Source: Trichinella spiralis
Lineage: Eukaryota
Assembly: GCF_000181795.1 (NCBI RefSeq)
Contig: NW_003526943.1
Location: 6,356,219-6,420,218 of the forward strand
Direction of reading: 5' to 3'
Length of the DNA stretch: 64,000 bases
The position numbers were made by a program, and so were the translations under genes. The notes under the pieces were generated by a model that worked only from the letters and a program-made list of their open reading frames with translations, ran no database searches and had not been told where the DNA came from. Shown one piece after another: positions 13,501-25,669 of this stretch (position 1 is its first letter; each line of letters starts with the position of its first letter).

Positions 13501-13778
13501 AAGTATTTATAGATGTGGCGATTTATTCATTGGCAAATTCTATCGGTATTCGCTCAATTTTGGGTCTGTATGATATGCCTTTTGCTAGTTTTTTTGGATA
13601 TGATTTGATCTCTGAGCCGATGGATATTCTGATTTTGCAGAAGTTATATTTATTACTTTCAACAGAACATCCAGTCAAATCTTTTTGTCAAATGATGTTC
13701 AATACTTGCTTTTTATATAACAGTATTACAAAAATGAATATGGAAACTGCTTCTAAGACAATTAGCTTTTTCAGTTGA
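10557..13778 (+). CDS. PIG-L-like (GlcNAc-PI de-N-acetylase fold) protein, 274 aa, catalytic motifs degenerate
   Basis: Exons 10557-10827, 11500-11596, 13106-13196, 13265-13364 and 13513-13778 splice in frame (phases 1,2,0,1; all GT-AG). An N-terminal TM helix is followed by RVLFIVTDLCDVIKYF..VYILCL..HILQRNIDMVFTYDTDG..AIYDSL..LP..YSL..IRSILGLYDMPF, colinear with PIG-L (RTLLVIAHPDDE..VYLLCFS..INLVVTFDAGGVSGHSNH..LRKYISLLDLP) as recalled. Confidence 0.75.
12341..12697 (-). CDS. TBCA: Tubulin-specific chaperone A (TBCA)-like, intronless, nested in intron 2 of the PIG-L-like gene
   Basis: 118-aa ORF, RRLFIQTNVVSRLIKDQRLY...LVDESLMMVNDSAARL, matches the TBCA pattern (IKTGVVKRLVKE...LQESRMMIPDCQRRL) and has the expected length. 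Confidence 0.8.
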   Translation of the reverse strand: MANRRRLFIQTNVVSRLIKDQRLYLQEFHSYQAQLQQLRHNNEDPDAILKMSKLVDESLMMVNDSAARLNNACKELCDQVKDLAALGDEEDVALSDRAKRILEEAQTVISSFVPPDPM

Positions 13779-14014
13779 TCTTTCTCAGTTTCAACATTTT
13801 ATTATGCTGTGAAATTAATTTTATTTAAATCATAAATGTATCAGCTTTCAGCTTTTGCATGTAATAAATACCGAAATTTGTTGATAACATAATAAATCAA
13901 TGAACCTTGACAATCTATGTAAAATGATTGTTAATAGTAAATGAACAAATACAGTTGTGGATTTGAATAAGTTTTTCTTCGAATTTAAATTTTATAAAAA
14001 TTCATGCAGCACGA

Positions 14015-15306
14015 TTAACCACGATAGCTTCCCATGAACAATATTGTTTGCGTTTGCATGTCGGCAATTAAGAACATAAATGGATGGTCAGCAATAAATA
14101 CGGCTGGAGGTGCAACATGTTGCGCACTTCTCAGCATTGCTACGACTGCTGTGGCTGCAGAAGCTTCGCTTCCTTCTTCATTTACCTGAATAAAAAAAAG
14201 AAAAAGCAAAATTACAAATAACCTGCCCGTGTAGTGAGTGTTGTGCACGATGGGTACGATTACTTCGATTTGTGCTTTGTGAAAAGCATCCGAAACGATG
14301 ACACTACGGTCGCCAGTCATCATGGAAAAATCGGCCATACTGTGGTCGAACATGCTTGTTAAGCCGAGTTGGAGTAAAATTTTTTTCAACGGCAATGTTT
14401 CTTCAAGTTTGAACTTTGGAAACGTGATCTGAATGATTTGGAAAAAAAGATGTAAAGTATTCATTTCCAATTCACCCAAATTCAACTTACTGAAACTTTT
14501 TTACTGATCATCTCTTCCATATAGTCCAGCAATTGTTCTCCACTCAACTGGCTGGCTAATTTTTCCAAACCGAACTTCTCTTTTGGTAGCAGAACGCACA
14601 TTGCTAATTTGGAGTTTTCGTATGGTAATTGCAAAATTTGAAACTGCTCGTATTCGGCATGCCTGAACGTATCGTTGACATGCATCATGTCCACCAGCTT
14701 GTTTGTATTTTGGTCGACGGAAAAATATTGCTTGGAAGTGGATTCTCGGGCAAATCTCGTCTGCCAGTTGCCTTTGAAATAAATCGCGTTCACCAACACC
14801 AGACACGTCATTTCGTCCAGCACATCCAGAGGGATTAAATTTTGTATCTTATCGTTCGTCTCGTTCGCCACCCAACGGTTGATCTTCTCAGCAGCGGCGG
14901 CGCCGTTGCTGAAATCCATTAGATCCACGTCAGCTTTGAATGTTTGCCGTATTCGAGCCAAATATGCCGGCAACAGCTTCAAACTTTTACGAGCGAAAAG
15001 CCGGTTGGCTAAATGAAGCTGCATCGTGAGCTGCTGCTGCTGCTGCTGCTGCTGGTGGTGGTCAGGATCGCCTTGCAATGATTGGAAAATCCCCTCCAGG
15101 CTGGTCTGCAGTTGGTCGTCGGAAACACTGAACAGGCGATCCTTCAACTGCTGCTTCGTCGTACCGGAAGAGCCGAAATAAGTCATCGCCAACGTTAAAA
15201 CAATCGAACAGGGCGAGAAGAAGACGTTGGATTGGTTGTTAAACGACTGACGGTACAACTCCATCGCAAAATTAGCCATGCTAATGTCGAAATTGACGGA
15301 CGACAT
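14015..15306 (-). CDS. Serpin (serine protease inhibitor), 383 aa, 3 exons
   Basis: Exons 15306-14491, 14428-14264 and 14185-14015 join in frame. Motifs: NVFFSP, INRWVANETNDKI, LVNAIYFKGNW, hinge EEGSEASAAT, FIADHPFMFLI. No evident signal peptide. Confidence 0.95.
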
Positions 15307-17049
15307 GATCGACAAAAAATTGAATGGCGGAAAATTTTGCTACACAACACGCTTTTGCGCTTCTTCGTTCACCAAACGACCCCACTGACTTGTTACCAAA
15401 AACCGACAATAATTATTCCGCCAACAGGGAAAAAGCAACTCTGTTTACAATAGATCATCTATACAGTTTCGTCAAGCAGGTTTCTGTGGGCGTGAACTAG
15501 CTCTGAAATGCGACAAACGGGTTCTTCTCAACAAATTCTCAAAACTGACGAAGTAAACAAACAAACAATCTGAATCGACATTTTGCAATTTAAATTTTCC
15601 ATCCATTTAAGAATTTCAAAAAACCTTCTTTGAACAATACAACCGGCAGTGTTTGTTTGCTTGCTTGTTCAACATGAACAATGAATGAATAAATGAATGG
15701 AATATCTGTTTTCCGTAACCGTAGCGAACAAAAAGAAAATCAATGATGATGATGACAAATATGATAATTTTGCAAAAAGAAACATGAGAAGAAAACAATG
15801 CAAATTTACAATTATAAATGAAAAATGCTAAAATTGTGAAATATTTATTCAAAAATTTTTTCCTTTCCAATGTAAATTTTAACGTTCAAGTGAATTTAAA
15901 TCAACGTTGACATATTCAAGACGAAATTGAATTCCAGAATCTCATGACAGAAAAATAATTAAACGGTGAAATAATTCCTTTTAGCCTTTTACAACAGCAA
16001 TAGCAATATTCAACTGATTGTTTGCTGCTGCAGATGAACAAATAATAAATAAACAAATTCATCATCAGTGTTTGATTAATAAATTTGAACGATCAGTTTA
16101 AATATTTAAACAAATCATAACCAAACACTATTTACAGTTTAGTAAAAGTGAAAAAAACCAACAACCAACAATAACTTTGGTTATATTTATTGTTTGAACA
16201 AAAAATTACCCATCTGAAAGTTGCTACTTCATAAACAATTCTCTTGAATTATCAATTTCAAAACAATAAATGGCTTTTTCTCACATCAATATGATTTCAA
16301 TAAAATTCCGTTTTTTAATAAATTTCATAAAACTATTTGTAAAAAAACAACAATATTTCTTACTGTATTGTAAAATAGTACATTGATCATCAGACACTAA
16401 TTCATTAGGTTACACTAAAAATTACATTGAGCATTTCAGTAATTAAATCAGAAACCATTCTGAAAAAATATATTTTGTAATAGTGTTCAGTATTATTTAT
16501 GACATACATAATTTCCTGTAAAAGTAAAAATAGACTTACCAAAAGTAAGGATAATAAAGTTCATTCGCATATCTGTTTTTTTCAAGTTTACATATGTAAA
16601 ATAATGTATAACACTTAATTCACTATTACACTGATTCATTTAATCTGACGTAAAGTCTGATTCAGAAAATGCTAGAGCAGTTGAAGGAGAAATTAAATAA
16701 ATGACGTCAGAAAAGATGCTCTCTTATTCACTCTTGGCTAATTCAATAATTTTGCACAATGAACGTGACAATACTGTTTACGTTTATGATGAACTGAATA
16801 AGCTCCTGCATACCGGTCTTTATTTGAGATAAACATATTTTCATCATTCAATATTATTATTTTCCAAAATCTCTGAACTGCATACGTCACTTATTAGAGT
16901 CTTACATGTGTAAATGAAAAATGTGAATTTGATTCATCATCGATTAAATTACTTTATTCTAGAAAAAACTAAAAGCTTAGTCACTGCACTTACATTATAT
17001 AATAAGTAGCATTTTATTAGTAATCAAACAGACAAACAAGTAGCCTGCT

Positions 17050-19795
17050 CAGTAAGGAGACATGATCCGTTGAAAAGATCACGTCGTGAAATTACCAGAA
17101 GAATAACTGACCTCGAGACTTTCCTAACCTTCCTAATGATGCACGGCGACTGCACTGATCACTCTGAGGACACGGAAACGACCACCAGCAACCGTTGGTC
17201 AGAGTACTCAGAAACGCAACCTCAACTATTCCACCGTCGTGCCGTGTTCCATGTGACCACCAAATGGGAACTTGCTCCTAATTTATCTATATGATATTAC
17301 GTCTGCCTGCGCCAGAGACACTGAAAGGAAAGCCTCAGAAAGAAAAAACGAGAATGGAAATCATTTTCTTACGATAAAACTACTGACTAGAGACTTCGAG
17401 TGTTGGCTCCATTTTAATTCAGAAAACAAATCCGACAACGACTTCCAGGATTAGCACCCATAGATCAAACCAAACGGTCACGAATTCATGTGGACAACTA
17501 TTCAATCAATTTTTTCCATTACGCAAGGCCTGATGAGAATTTGATTTGAAACGATTGAGACTGTTGCTCAAAGCGAAGATTGGAAGCATATGATAGCACA
17601 CAATACAAACTGTTGTGAGGTAGGACATCGCTGACGCATCAGGCCTACTGAACAGGTGAAAAAAGTTACGGTGAAGGAGACCAGCGGAATTTAGTACCAC
17701 CTTCTACTACCAGAAGCATCTCCCTATAATTAAGCTCAGTAAAGAGCAACTGCAGCTATGGTAATAGGATTACTCTTATTAATACGTTACGCTCACTCTC
17801 CTTAAAGTGTGCTCTGACATTCAGTCAGTAGCTTACGGCTGTTCGTCCATGTTGAAAACATAGTACTGCTGGAGCTACAAATTGAATATGACATCCCAGT
17901 TCATGTTCTGGTCCAAAACCACAAAAAGAGAACTGTTTGGCAGCCAAAGTGTACGATTCCCTAAGGTACCTAGTGTCGTTCACCGTTACAGCTAAAATGC
18001 TGTTTCTGTCATTATGGACTTTGCACCAAAGTTTGCATTTTGCTGACGTGGGATCCACCACTATCTTCTGAGGTTGCAAATTAATGGAACTGGATGGTGG
18101 AATTGAAAAAATTATTCGAAATGAAGATCAGTGGATCTTGGTTCTGTACCCAATAGGTGAGATGAAAAAGTTTGGAACTCTATGACGGCTTAAAAGTTGC
18201 AAAGATAAAAATTCAAAATATTAAGCAAATTTTTAATAAAGCATTAAAATATTATCTTTTTTGTTTTATAAATTTCTAAAAAAAATTTGACACCTGTGGC
18301 AGCAACTAAGCATGCGCCACTCTCAGAGTGGAATCCAACGACAGAAATGTAATGGTGAACTTGATGATCACAAGATCTCAGATGACATCCATACAAAATC
18401 TTGACTGGAATTGGAATTGTTATGCGCCAGATTGGGAGATTACCCCGCCTATCCACAAAACCTTGTTGAAAGGCAAGATGGTGGTTCTTCGTTGCATTAG
18501 AAAGGGGGGGGGGTGGCTCCAGACGTCGAAAACCCTTTGTAGCAAATTGAATGGAAGAGATAAAAGAAAGTATCATATCATGGATACTGCTCCACAAAAC
18601 AGAATCCAGCGTATATGCTCAGTGAAAAGTGCTCTCGGAAAAATTAATGTAAACAAAATCATGATAAAAGGGGCACACTGCTTGGCAAAATCTCGACAGT
18701 CTGGCCAAATGCTAATCTCAGCTACAGTGATATAAAAAGATGACATCAGTGAAATGACGTTCACTCCCGCCCCTGTTAATCTGTCGTGAGATATCACGAG
18801 TACCGAGTGCAACAATACGGTATGCTAATAAAACAAGTGGCATCAACTACATTATAAGAAGATGGCACTACAAATAACGCTTGACAACACTGCTGTGGGA
18901 AGGATAGAAACAACAGTGTATCATCATAATACTCAATATCCAGGGAAAAATGAGTAGCACGCAAGAACAACTAAAGATAGGTGACATTGTATTAATTCAT
19001 GAAACCGGTACCACGTTGGCTAAGTGGAAGAATCTTTGAAATTCATCTGAGAGAATACGGCATAGCTCGTTCAGTGGAGTTGAAAACAACCCAGAAATGC
19101 TAATGAGACGAGCTTGGTGACTTAGATTGCTAGAGCCAGTCAGTGATGAATAATAGACCTTATTCATAACGGAGAGGGCAGATGTATTGGCAAATCTTTT
19201 CTTAACACCTAATCAAAAGATCTTTAATTCCCCTTCGTACAAACAGCTACGAAAACAACCATGACCCGTTGTAATTTGAAACGATTATTTTTGTGGAACA
19301 ATGAACAGTAGAACTGATAATCGGTCAAAAGGTCAGCCTTGCCAGTTGTCGGTGTAACAAAGTTGTCAGCAGTTGTAACGCCAGTTATCAGAAAACGGTG
19401 GTCAGCTTTACGAATAATATCAGCACAATATAATTACAATACGGTAACTATGTGACCTGAAAAATCCGACACCACATGCATGCTGTGACACCTGACAATA
19501 ATGATGGTGGCTGATTGGCTATCTGAGTCTAACACACAGAGCTCAGAATGGTCTAACTGCTACAGATACTCTTCCCTGTGTCTAAATCAGTCGTTTGTTT
19601 GAGAAACAAAGAACTTGCGAGAACTTGAGAAATAAACTTGCATATCCCATCTGGTTGTAATTGTGCTTGACTTGAATACAGTTCATCAAATTATGCAGTC
19701 CACTTAAATACAGAAAGATTTTCAAGTTCATTAAAAATATTCTTCTGTAGACAGTCGTCTCCATATAAAACTTGTTTAGTGTTTATATGTTTTCA
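17050..19795 (+). mobile_element. Decayed BEL/Pao LTR retrotransposon (pol remnants, PPT, probable 3' LTR); boundaries approximate
   Basis: 17940-18017 reads AAKVYDSLRYLVSFTVTAKMLFLSLW (BEL-type 'KVFDPLG.LAPFT..AK.LFQ.LW'). 18320-18420 reads LRVESNDRNVMVNLMITRS..LELL (RNase H-like). 18975-19150 resembles the C-terminal integrase region (IGDIVLIHE..GIARSV). Purine tract GGAGAGGGCAGA is followed by TGT near 19183. Many stops and frameshifts. Confidence 0.7.
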
Positions 19796-20628
19796 TGTAT
19801 AATTTTTTGTTATTGATTTCACAAATAAACTAGTTTATCTATTTTATTTTAATCAGTGTGTATAAATGCTAATTAGAGTTGAATGAAATTAGATTACCAT
19901 GTAATTCATCCGCTTTTCTAGTATTAAATTCCAAATTAAGTTAATTTCAGTATAGACCTGTTTTAAATTTCATTATTAGTAAGTTTTGTAAAATATTCAT
20001 GACGCACATGTTTTCCTAGTGTTATTCTAAGTTTTATGCTTGTGACCGCCATTACATGACTTCAGTGCTTACACTTTCTTGCTATTGTTTTAACAGTGCA
20101 TATTACATGCCCATTTTGAAGTCGCTATTCCACGTAGTTTCAAAAGCACATTTTAGTAAACAAATGTATTTCATTTCTTGCGATTGCAGAATATTAGGAT
20201 TAGATTAGATTAGATTTGAAGTTTGAAGAAAATTCATTGTTTCCTCGATGTTATTTTCACTTTTTTTAAATACTATTTTCCTTTTTTCAAAATTTCATTA
20301 TTTCTATTTTTCATTTTTTACTATTTTTCAAAATAATAATTTTCACTTGAACCGTTGCATACATTCAAAATTAGCTTTATCAGTTTCAGATTGTCGAAGT
20401 TTTGATTCCATTTGCATGTCGTAAAACACGATTCCATCATTTATTCTCTTTATTATTTTTGCACAATAATTACTTTGGGAGCGTCCTACATAACATGCGT
20501 CTTTTACTTTTAATAATATTATGAAAGTAAAATTTAAAAAAGTACTATTTATATTGCTCTTGAAAATCATAAAGACGGTATTTACTGTTCTTTTTCTTTA
20601 TTTCACTTGCTGTATTAAGTTATCAAAA

Positions 20629-21255
20629 ATGAGTCGACGGAGAGTGGTTGCGGAAGATGGAAAATGGTATATACCTCCAAGTCAACGGTCTGATGGAACA
20701 TGGCGTCCAGCTGTTCAAGTGAAGCCAGGCTACATTCCATCTGAAGAACTTCCAAAGTGGTGACATTATTCTCATATTGTCATATAAAATTTAATAAATA
20801 CGTTAATAATTTTAAGATTTAAGCTAAACATAAGATAATATTTTTTAAGATACGTTTGTAAAGGTCGAAGAGAAGCAGACGAACGATCACGATATCCAGT
20901 TGGTTTACCAGATGAACTGAAATCCACAAATTCGAAACCTATGAATACACAACGGCAGTCGTTATCCAGTATCATGGAGAAGATTGAAAAGCAAAAGTTT
21001 AATAGCGGGGTATCTGAAATGCCATTACCTCCGTCTCCCAAGACAGAGGATTTAGATGCCATGAAGAAGAAGTTAAAAAATTTGAGAAAAAAACTGAGAG
21101 ATGTTCATGCGCTGGAACGAAAGATTCAATCTGGCGAATTAACTAAAATTGAGAAGACTCAGAAGCAGAAACTAGAAATGCGGTCTACTTTTGAAGATCA
21201 GATAAAACAGTTGGAAAGAGATATTGGCGGGTTATCGATAAAACAGTCACTGTAA
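20629..21255 (+). CDS. PYM1: Partner of Y14 and mago (PYM/WIBG), 177 aa, 2 exons
   Basis: Exons 20629-20756 and 20850-21255. Mago-binding N-terminus GKWYIPPSQRSDGTWRPAVQVKPGYIPSEELPK/YV and C-terminal coiled coil KKLKNLRKKLRDVHALERKIQSGE. Confidence 0.9.
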
Positions 21256-22284
21256 ACAACTCTTACAGTATTTGTATGATGTTATCGTTGTTTTTAGAAC
21301 TTTCTTTTTGTTTGTTGTTCTAGTAAAAGTTTTGTAAAGATGTAAAGTAAAATTTATAATATGAAAAAATTTTTGAATAATATGACTGAAAATTTTTGCT
21401 TTTTTCGATCGTAGTGATTGGCAATTTCGAAATGAGATTTTGTGCGCGCTTAAAGATAAAGATTTAAAATAATAATAATAATAATTATTATTATTAAAAG
21501 CATGAGTTTTTAATAAAACATTAAAATTATACTTTTTGTTTTATAAATTATATTTGCATTTATAAAAAACATTTAAAATTAATGCTTGCAATACATTTTA
21601 CTGTAACAATTATTTGGGATGCCGAGCAACTTGATGTCGCTTAAAAAATGTTATTTAAACAAACATCTTAAGGATTAATGTAAACCTAAAACATTTACTT
21701 GCATGCATTCTGATGAATAATTCTTTATCTGTGTTTGATTATTTGAAGTTTCGTGTATTTTTATCTTAACATCTAAAAGAAGTGAACCTTTCACTTTTAT
21801 AATATTAATGTTTTAATTTTTTATTTAACCTTTGAAACGATATTTACTTTTAGTTTCTTTGATGTTATAAATTTATGCTTATTATTATTCACTGATTGGC
21901 TTTGAATATTACTTACATCTTATGTGGGTACTTTTATTTATTTTGTAGGACGAAAGTGCATTTCATTGTTACAGCCATTGTATTTCTATTGAACTACAGT
22001 TTTTAAGTTTACTGTATTTGAGTTTTCATTTTATTTGTAGTTTATAGGGAATTGTTTAATACTTTTTGAAATGTTTTTAATGATTAGTTGTGCCGAAAAT
22101 TTTATACTTTGAATTACAGAAGTGCAGGTGCAGTTGGTAACTTGCTTATTATTTGATTTTTGATTGTTTGTGTTAATGAGTTCTGTGCTGTTGATGGTCT
22201 GTTTTGTCATTTATTGTGTTAATTTTTGAATGTACATATGATTTTTTTTGTGTAGAAAAAAATTTATATAGAGGAATTTAAAAT

Positions 22285-25200
22285 ATGGATATCCTGTATT
22301 CACGCAAAAGACTCGTGGGAAGAACAAGAGTCGAAAAGAGCGCCGAAGGAACTCCAACATTAGAGGAAACTAAGATGATGATGGATATTTATGATGAAAT
22401 TATGAAAGATTACAAGCAACCAGTGTCGAAAGTTAAAGTAATTTTTGAATTTTTTTTCTTTGAGTACTTTATGTTAGAACTGTAGTTTATTTCATCTTGA
22501 CAGTTTTATTTCAAGGATCTATTAATTTCGAATATTAATTACATAGCCGCAACCTTAGCGATGATTGCGGATTTAAAATTTTAAGTTTGTCCGAACTGCC
22601 GGTTTTTTACTTTGAACTTGTTTTCGCTTTTATTCAAATCTAAAGAATTGTTTAAAATAGAAATTTAATTCTTCAATAACTGAAGACGGAGCATTTATTT
22701 TAAAAAGAAAATTATTTATTATTAATGATTTTAATAATCAGATGAATTTGATTGTTTTAGTGGAGCAAAAGTGAAAACTTATTTTCAATACTAATTTGTC
22801 ATTGACATTAAAAGTTATTTTGAAGCAGCATGATTTGTTTCCAATTGTGCAATTTAATTGTTTTTATCTTTCAGGTTAATGATTCTTATTTGTCAAATTA
22901 TGAAGCCTTGGTACAAGATTTGTGGAGAGATTCTCAGAGAATGCCGTACCCAAATGAAGATCGAGTTAGCGTTGTGGATGTTGACACTGTATCATGCTTT
23001 AATGAAGTTTGTTGGGATTGGAGGTTGGAAATTTATTTTTTATTGATTATGGCAATAATGTTTTAGAAATCGGAAAATCCCTCCAATTCGTACAATTTGT
23101 TCGTAATGAAAATTGACGAAAAAACTAATAGTCACACTAAAAACTGGATGATGATACCGAAGAATTTTCTAGTGAGTTGTTGGGAATTTTAAAATATTTT
23201 TTAAAAAATGAATATTTTCAAGGGAAGACCTTGTTATGATCTTCGAACTTTGCGAGATGATCAGCAAGAAAATAATGATCATCGATTTCTTCCTGACTTT
23301 GCTTTCTACAAGCTCGTATTAAAAGCGTCTGAAGTGTTCTACAACCAAAGTGTGTATTCTTTTATTTAGTTGTGAATTTTGGGTGTTGCAAGTGTGAACG
23401 GTAAATTTTCGTCTTTCTGCTCTTTTCTAGATATCACTGACCAGTGGTCGGGAGAGTTGATTCTACCTAATGACAGATTATTCACAATCATTCATCATTT
23501 ATTTCCACACAAACTCAGTGCCAACAATTTGAAAGAACTGTACGTTTGAAGAACAAACAATACATAAAATATAGAACATTAAATAATTTATGTTAATAAT
23601 TTAGTTTTATTCACATTTTTTGTATGTTGAATGAAAAAAAGGGAAACAACAAGCTTCAGCATCTGAATGACAGAGAGTCGATTTTTGTCAAAGCATTTTG
23701 TCCGATATGCTTTCAATTTTGTTGTACAACCCACGGCGAAAGTAAGTTGCAGCTTTTACAGTTGATATGAACAATTTATTATTATTTTTTGAATTCAAGG
23801 CTTGGTCGATCCTATGTATGTGCATAATTATAATCCAAAGTTGAATAAAAAATCAAAAGTCAAAGATCCTTGTGGCAAGTTTTGTTATTTGAAATCGCTC
23901 GACAAAAATACAGTGAGTTTATTTGATAACCGTTTGAATTTTTTTCAACAGTAGAGTCACCCTTTTTTTAATTGTGGAAAATTTTTTGAAATAGTGAAAT
24001 AATATTTTTTTAATCAGTATTTTTTATTGTTTCAGGTTCGGGTATTGCGGCATAATTCTTCAAAATCAAAAGCGTCAAAAGTAAAACTAGGTGAGGAGAT
24101 TGCAGTTTTTGAATTTTTATTTTTTTTAATTTATTGTTTAAAAGTTGAAGAAATAGTTTTGAATAAATATATCTGAAGAAGTGATGTGATTATTAATTCG
24201 TTATTTGTTTTTTTTTTCAATGTATTTTGTTTTATATTACAAGTTAGTTTATTTAGTTGTAGTGTGCAATTTGCATTATTAATGTAAAAATTGAATTGAT
24301 TTGAAATTAATTGTAAATAGAATAATTATTGTAGTTTATTAGAATTGATTTGCATGAATTTTTTGTTCTTTTATCCAGAATGGACTGCTGAAAAAGAAGA
24401 AATGCTGCGTGCATTGGAATCTTTGTTTGGTTCGAATAGTTGTATTATTGCCGAATGTTTGAATACACCGTACTGTTCAGAAGTAAATAAATGTGTATAT
24501 TTGTGAAATAAAGAAGGTGAAATTGAAATTATTCATTTCTATATCTACATTGCATTAGGTATATGCGCGCATTGTCAAATCGGAAAGTGTTGCTAGTACA
24601 TCGTGGAAAATTGAAGAAGAAAAGTGGAAAATGCCGGAAATTCCGTTAATAATTTGTGTTAATTGATTTAATTTTTTGAACAATGAATGAAATTGTTCGG
24701 TTTGTAGGCAAAAGATGGTCAAAAGTGAAGCGTACAGCACCAGGTCGTGCGTGAATAATAAAGTGTTGCTGTATTCGTCGGGTTCCAGTGATACGGATTC
24801 GGATTGGGATTCGGACGGCGAAGGTATGGAAGCTTACAAGCCGTGCTATTGTCGCGGCCGTTGTCGTGACAACGCCAACTGTTCCTGCAACGAGAGGGAG
24901 TACTGTGAAAAATACTGTCGATGCAGTGACAATTGTTCGAAAAAATACCTCGGCTGCAATTGCAAAGGGGTCTGCCATCGGAAAGTCTGCCTCTGCATGA
25001 AGAACAACCGCGAATGCGACCCGACGTTGTGCAAAAATTGCGGCGGCAATCAGTTGCTCATATGTAAAAATGACTTCATGCAAAACGGTATCCGGCGGCG
25101 GCTTTACGTTTGCGAATCCAACGTCCATGGGCTTGGTCTTTTCACTACGGAGGACATTGCTGCCGGCGATTTCATCTGCGAATATCGTGGAGAAATTTTG

Positions 25201-25669
25201 ACCAAAGCCGAAGCCCAACGTCGAGGCAAGATTTACGACAGCCGAGGCATGTCGTTCTTGTTCATGCTCAACACAGGTGATGAATGCAACGATAATTCAT
25301 ACATTTATTTCCCTTTTATTGTCACTCTCTTCTTCTATTCATGCCTCTTATTAGTATTGGCATTTTTGTTCATTCATTTGCAACTCTTGCTTTTAGATTT
25401 TGACTTGGATGCGACCAGATTTGGAAGTGTTGCACGCTTTATTAATCACAGCAAAATACCCAACTGTGTGCCCCAAGTGAAAATGGTTCTTGGTTCACAT
25501 CGCATTGCTTTTTACGCTACAAGAAATATAGAAGCTAACGAAGAATTATTTTTCAATTATGGGTATGTGTAGCATTTGTGATTTGCTCTTTTTTTCTTTT
25601 AACGAACGAATTTTCTTTTTCAGGGTTCTACCTGAATGTGTCAAATTGTTACTTGAGCGTTTATCTTGA
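22285..25669 (+). CDS. EZH2: Enhancer of zeste (E(z)/EZH2/MES-2)-like H3K27 methyltransferase, multi-exon, divergent
   Basis: In-frame exons give WMMIPKNFL (SAL-like), PNDRLFTIIHHLFP (SANT1-like), FCPICFQFCCTTH..PCGKFCYL (MCSS), EWTAEKEEMLRAL (SANT2), a CXC domain (KYCRCSDNC..GCNCK..C.C...RECDP.LC) and a SET domain (EYRGEI..EAQRRGKIYD..SFLF.LN/DFDLDATR..RFINHS..PNC..EELFFNY). SET intron 25277-25396; last exon 25624-25669. The first exon (22285-22437) is least certain. Confidence 0.9.

Noticed and set aside
20196..20216. TTAGG/TTAGA repeats resembling telomeric sequence
   Set aside because: Only four degenerate units; a simple microsatellite.
24646..25218. 190-aa minus-strand ORF
   Set aside because: Antisense shadow of the GC-rich CXC/SET exon.
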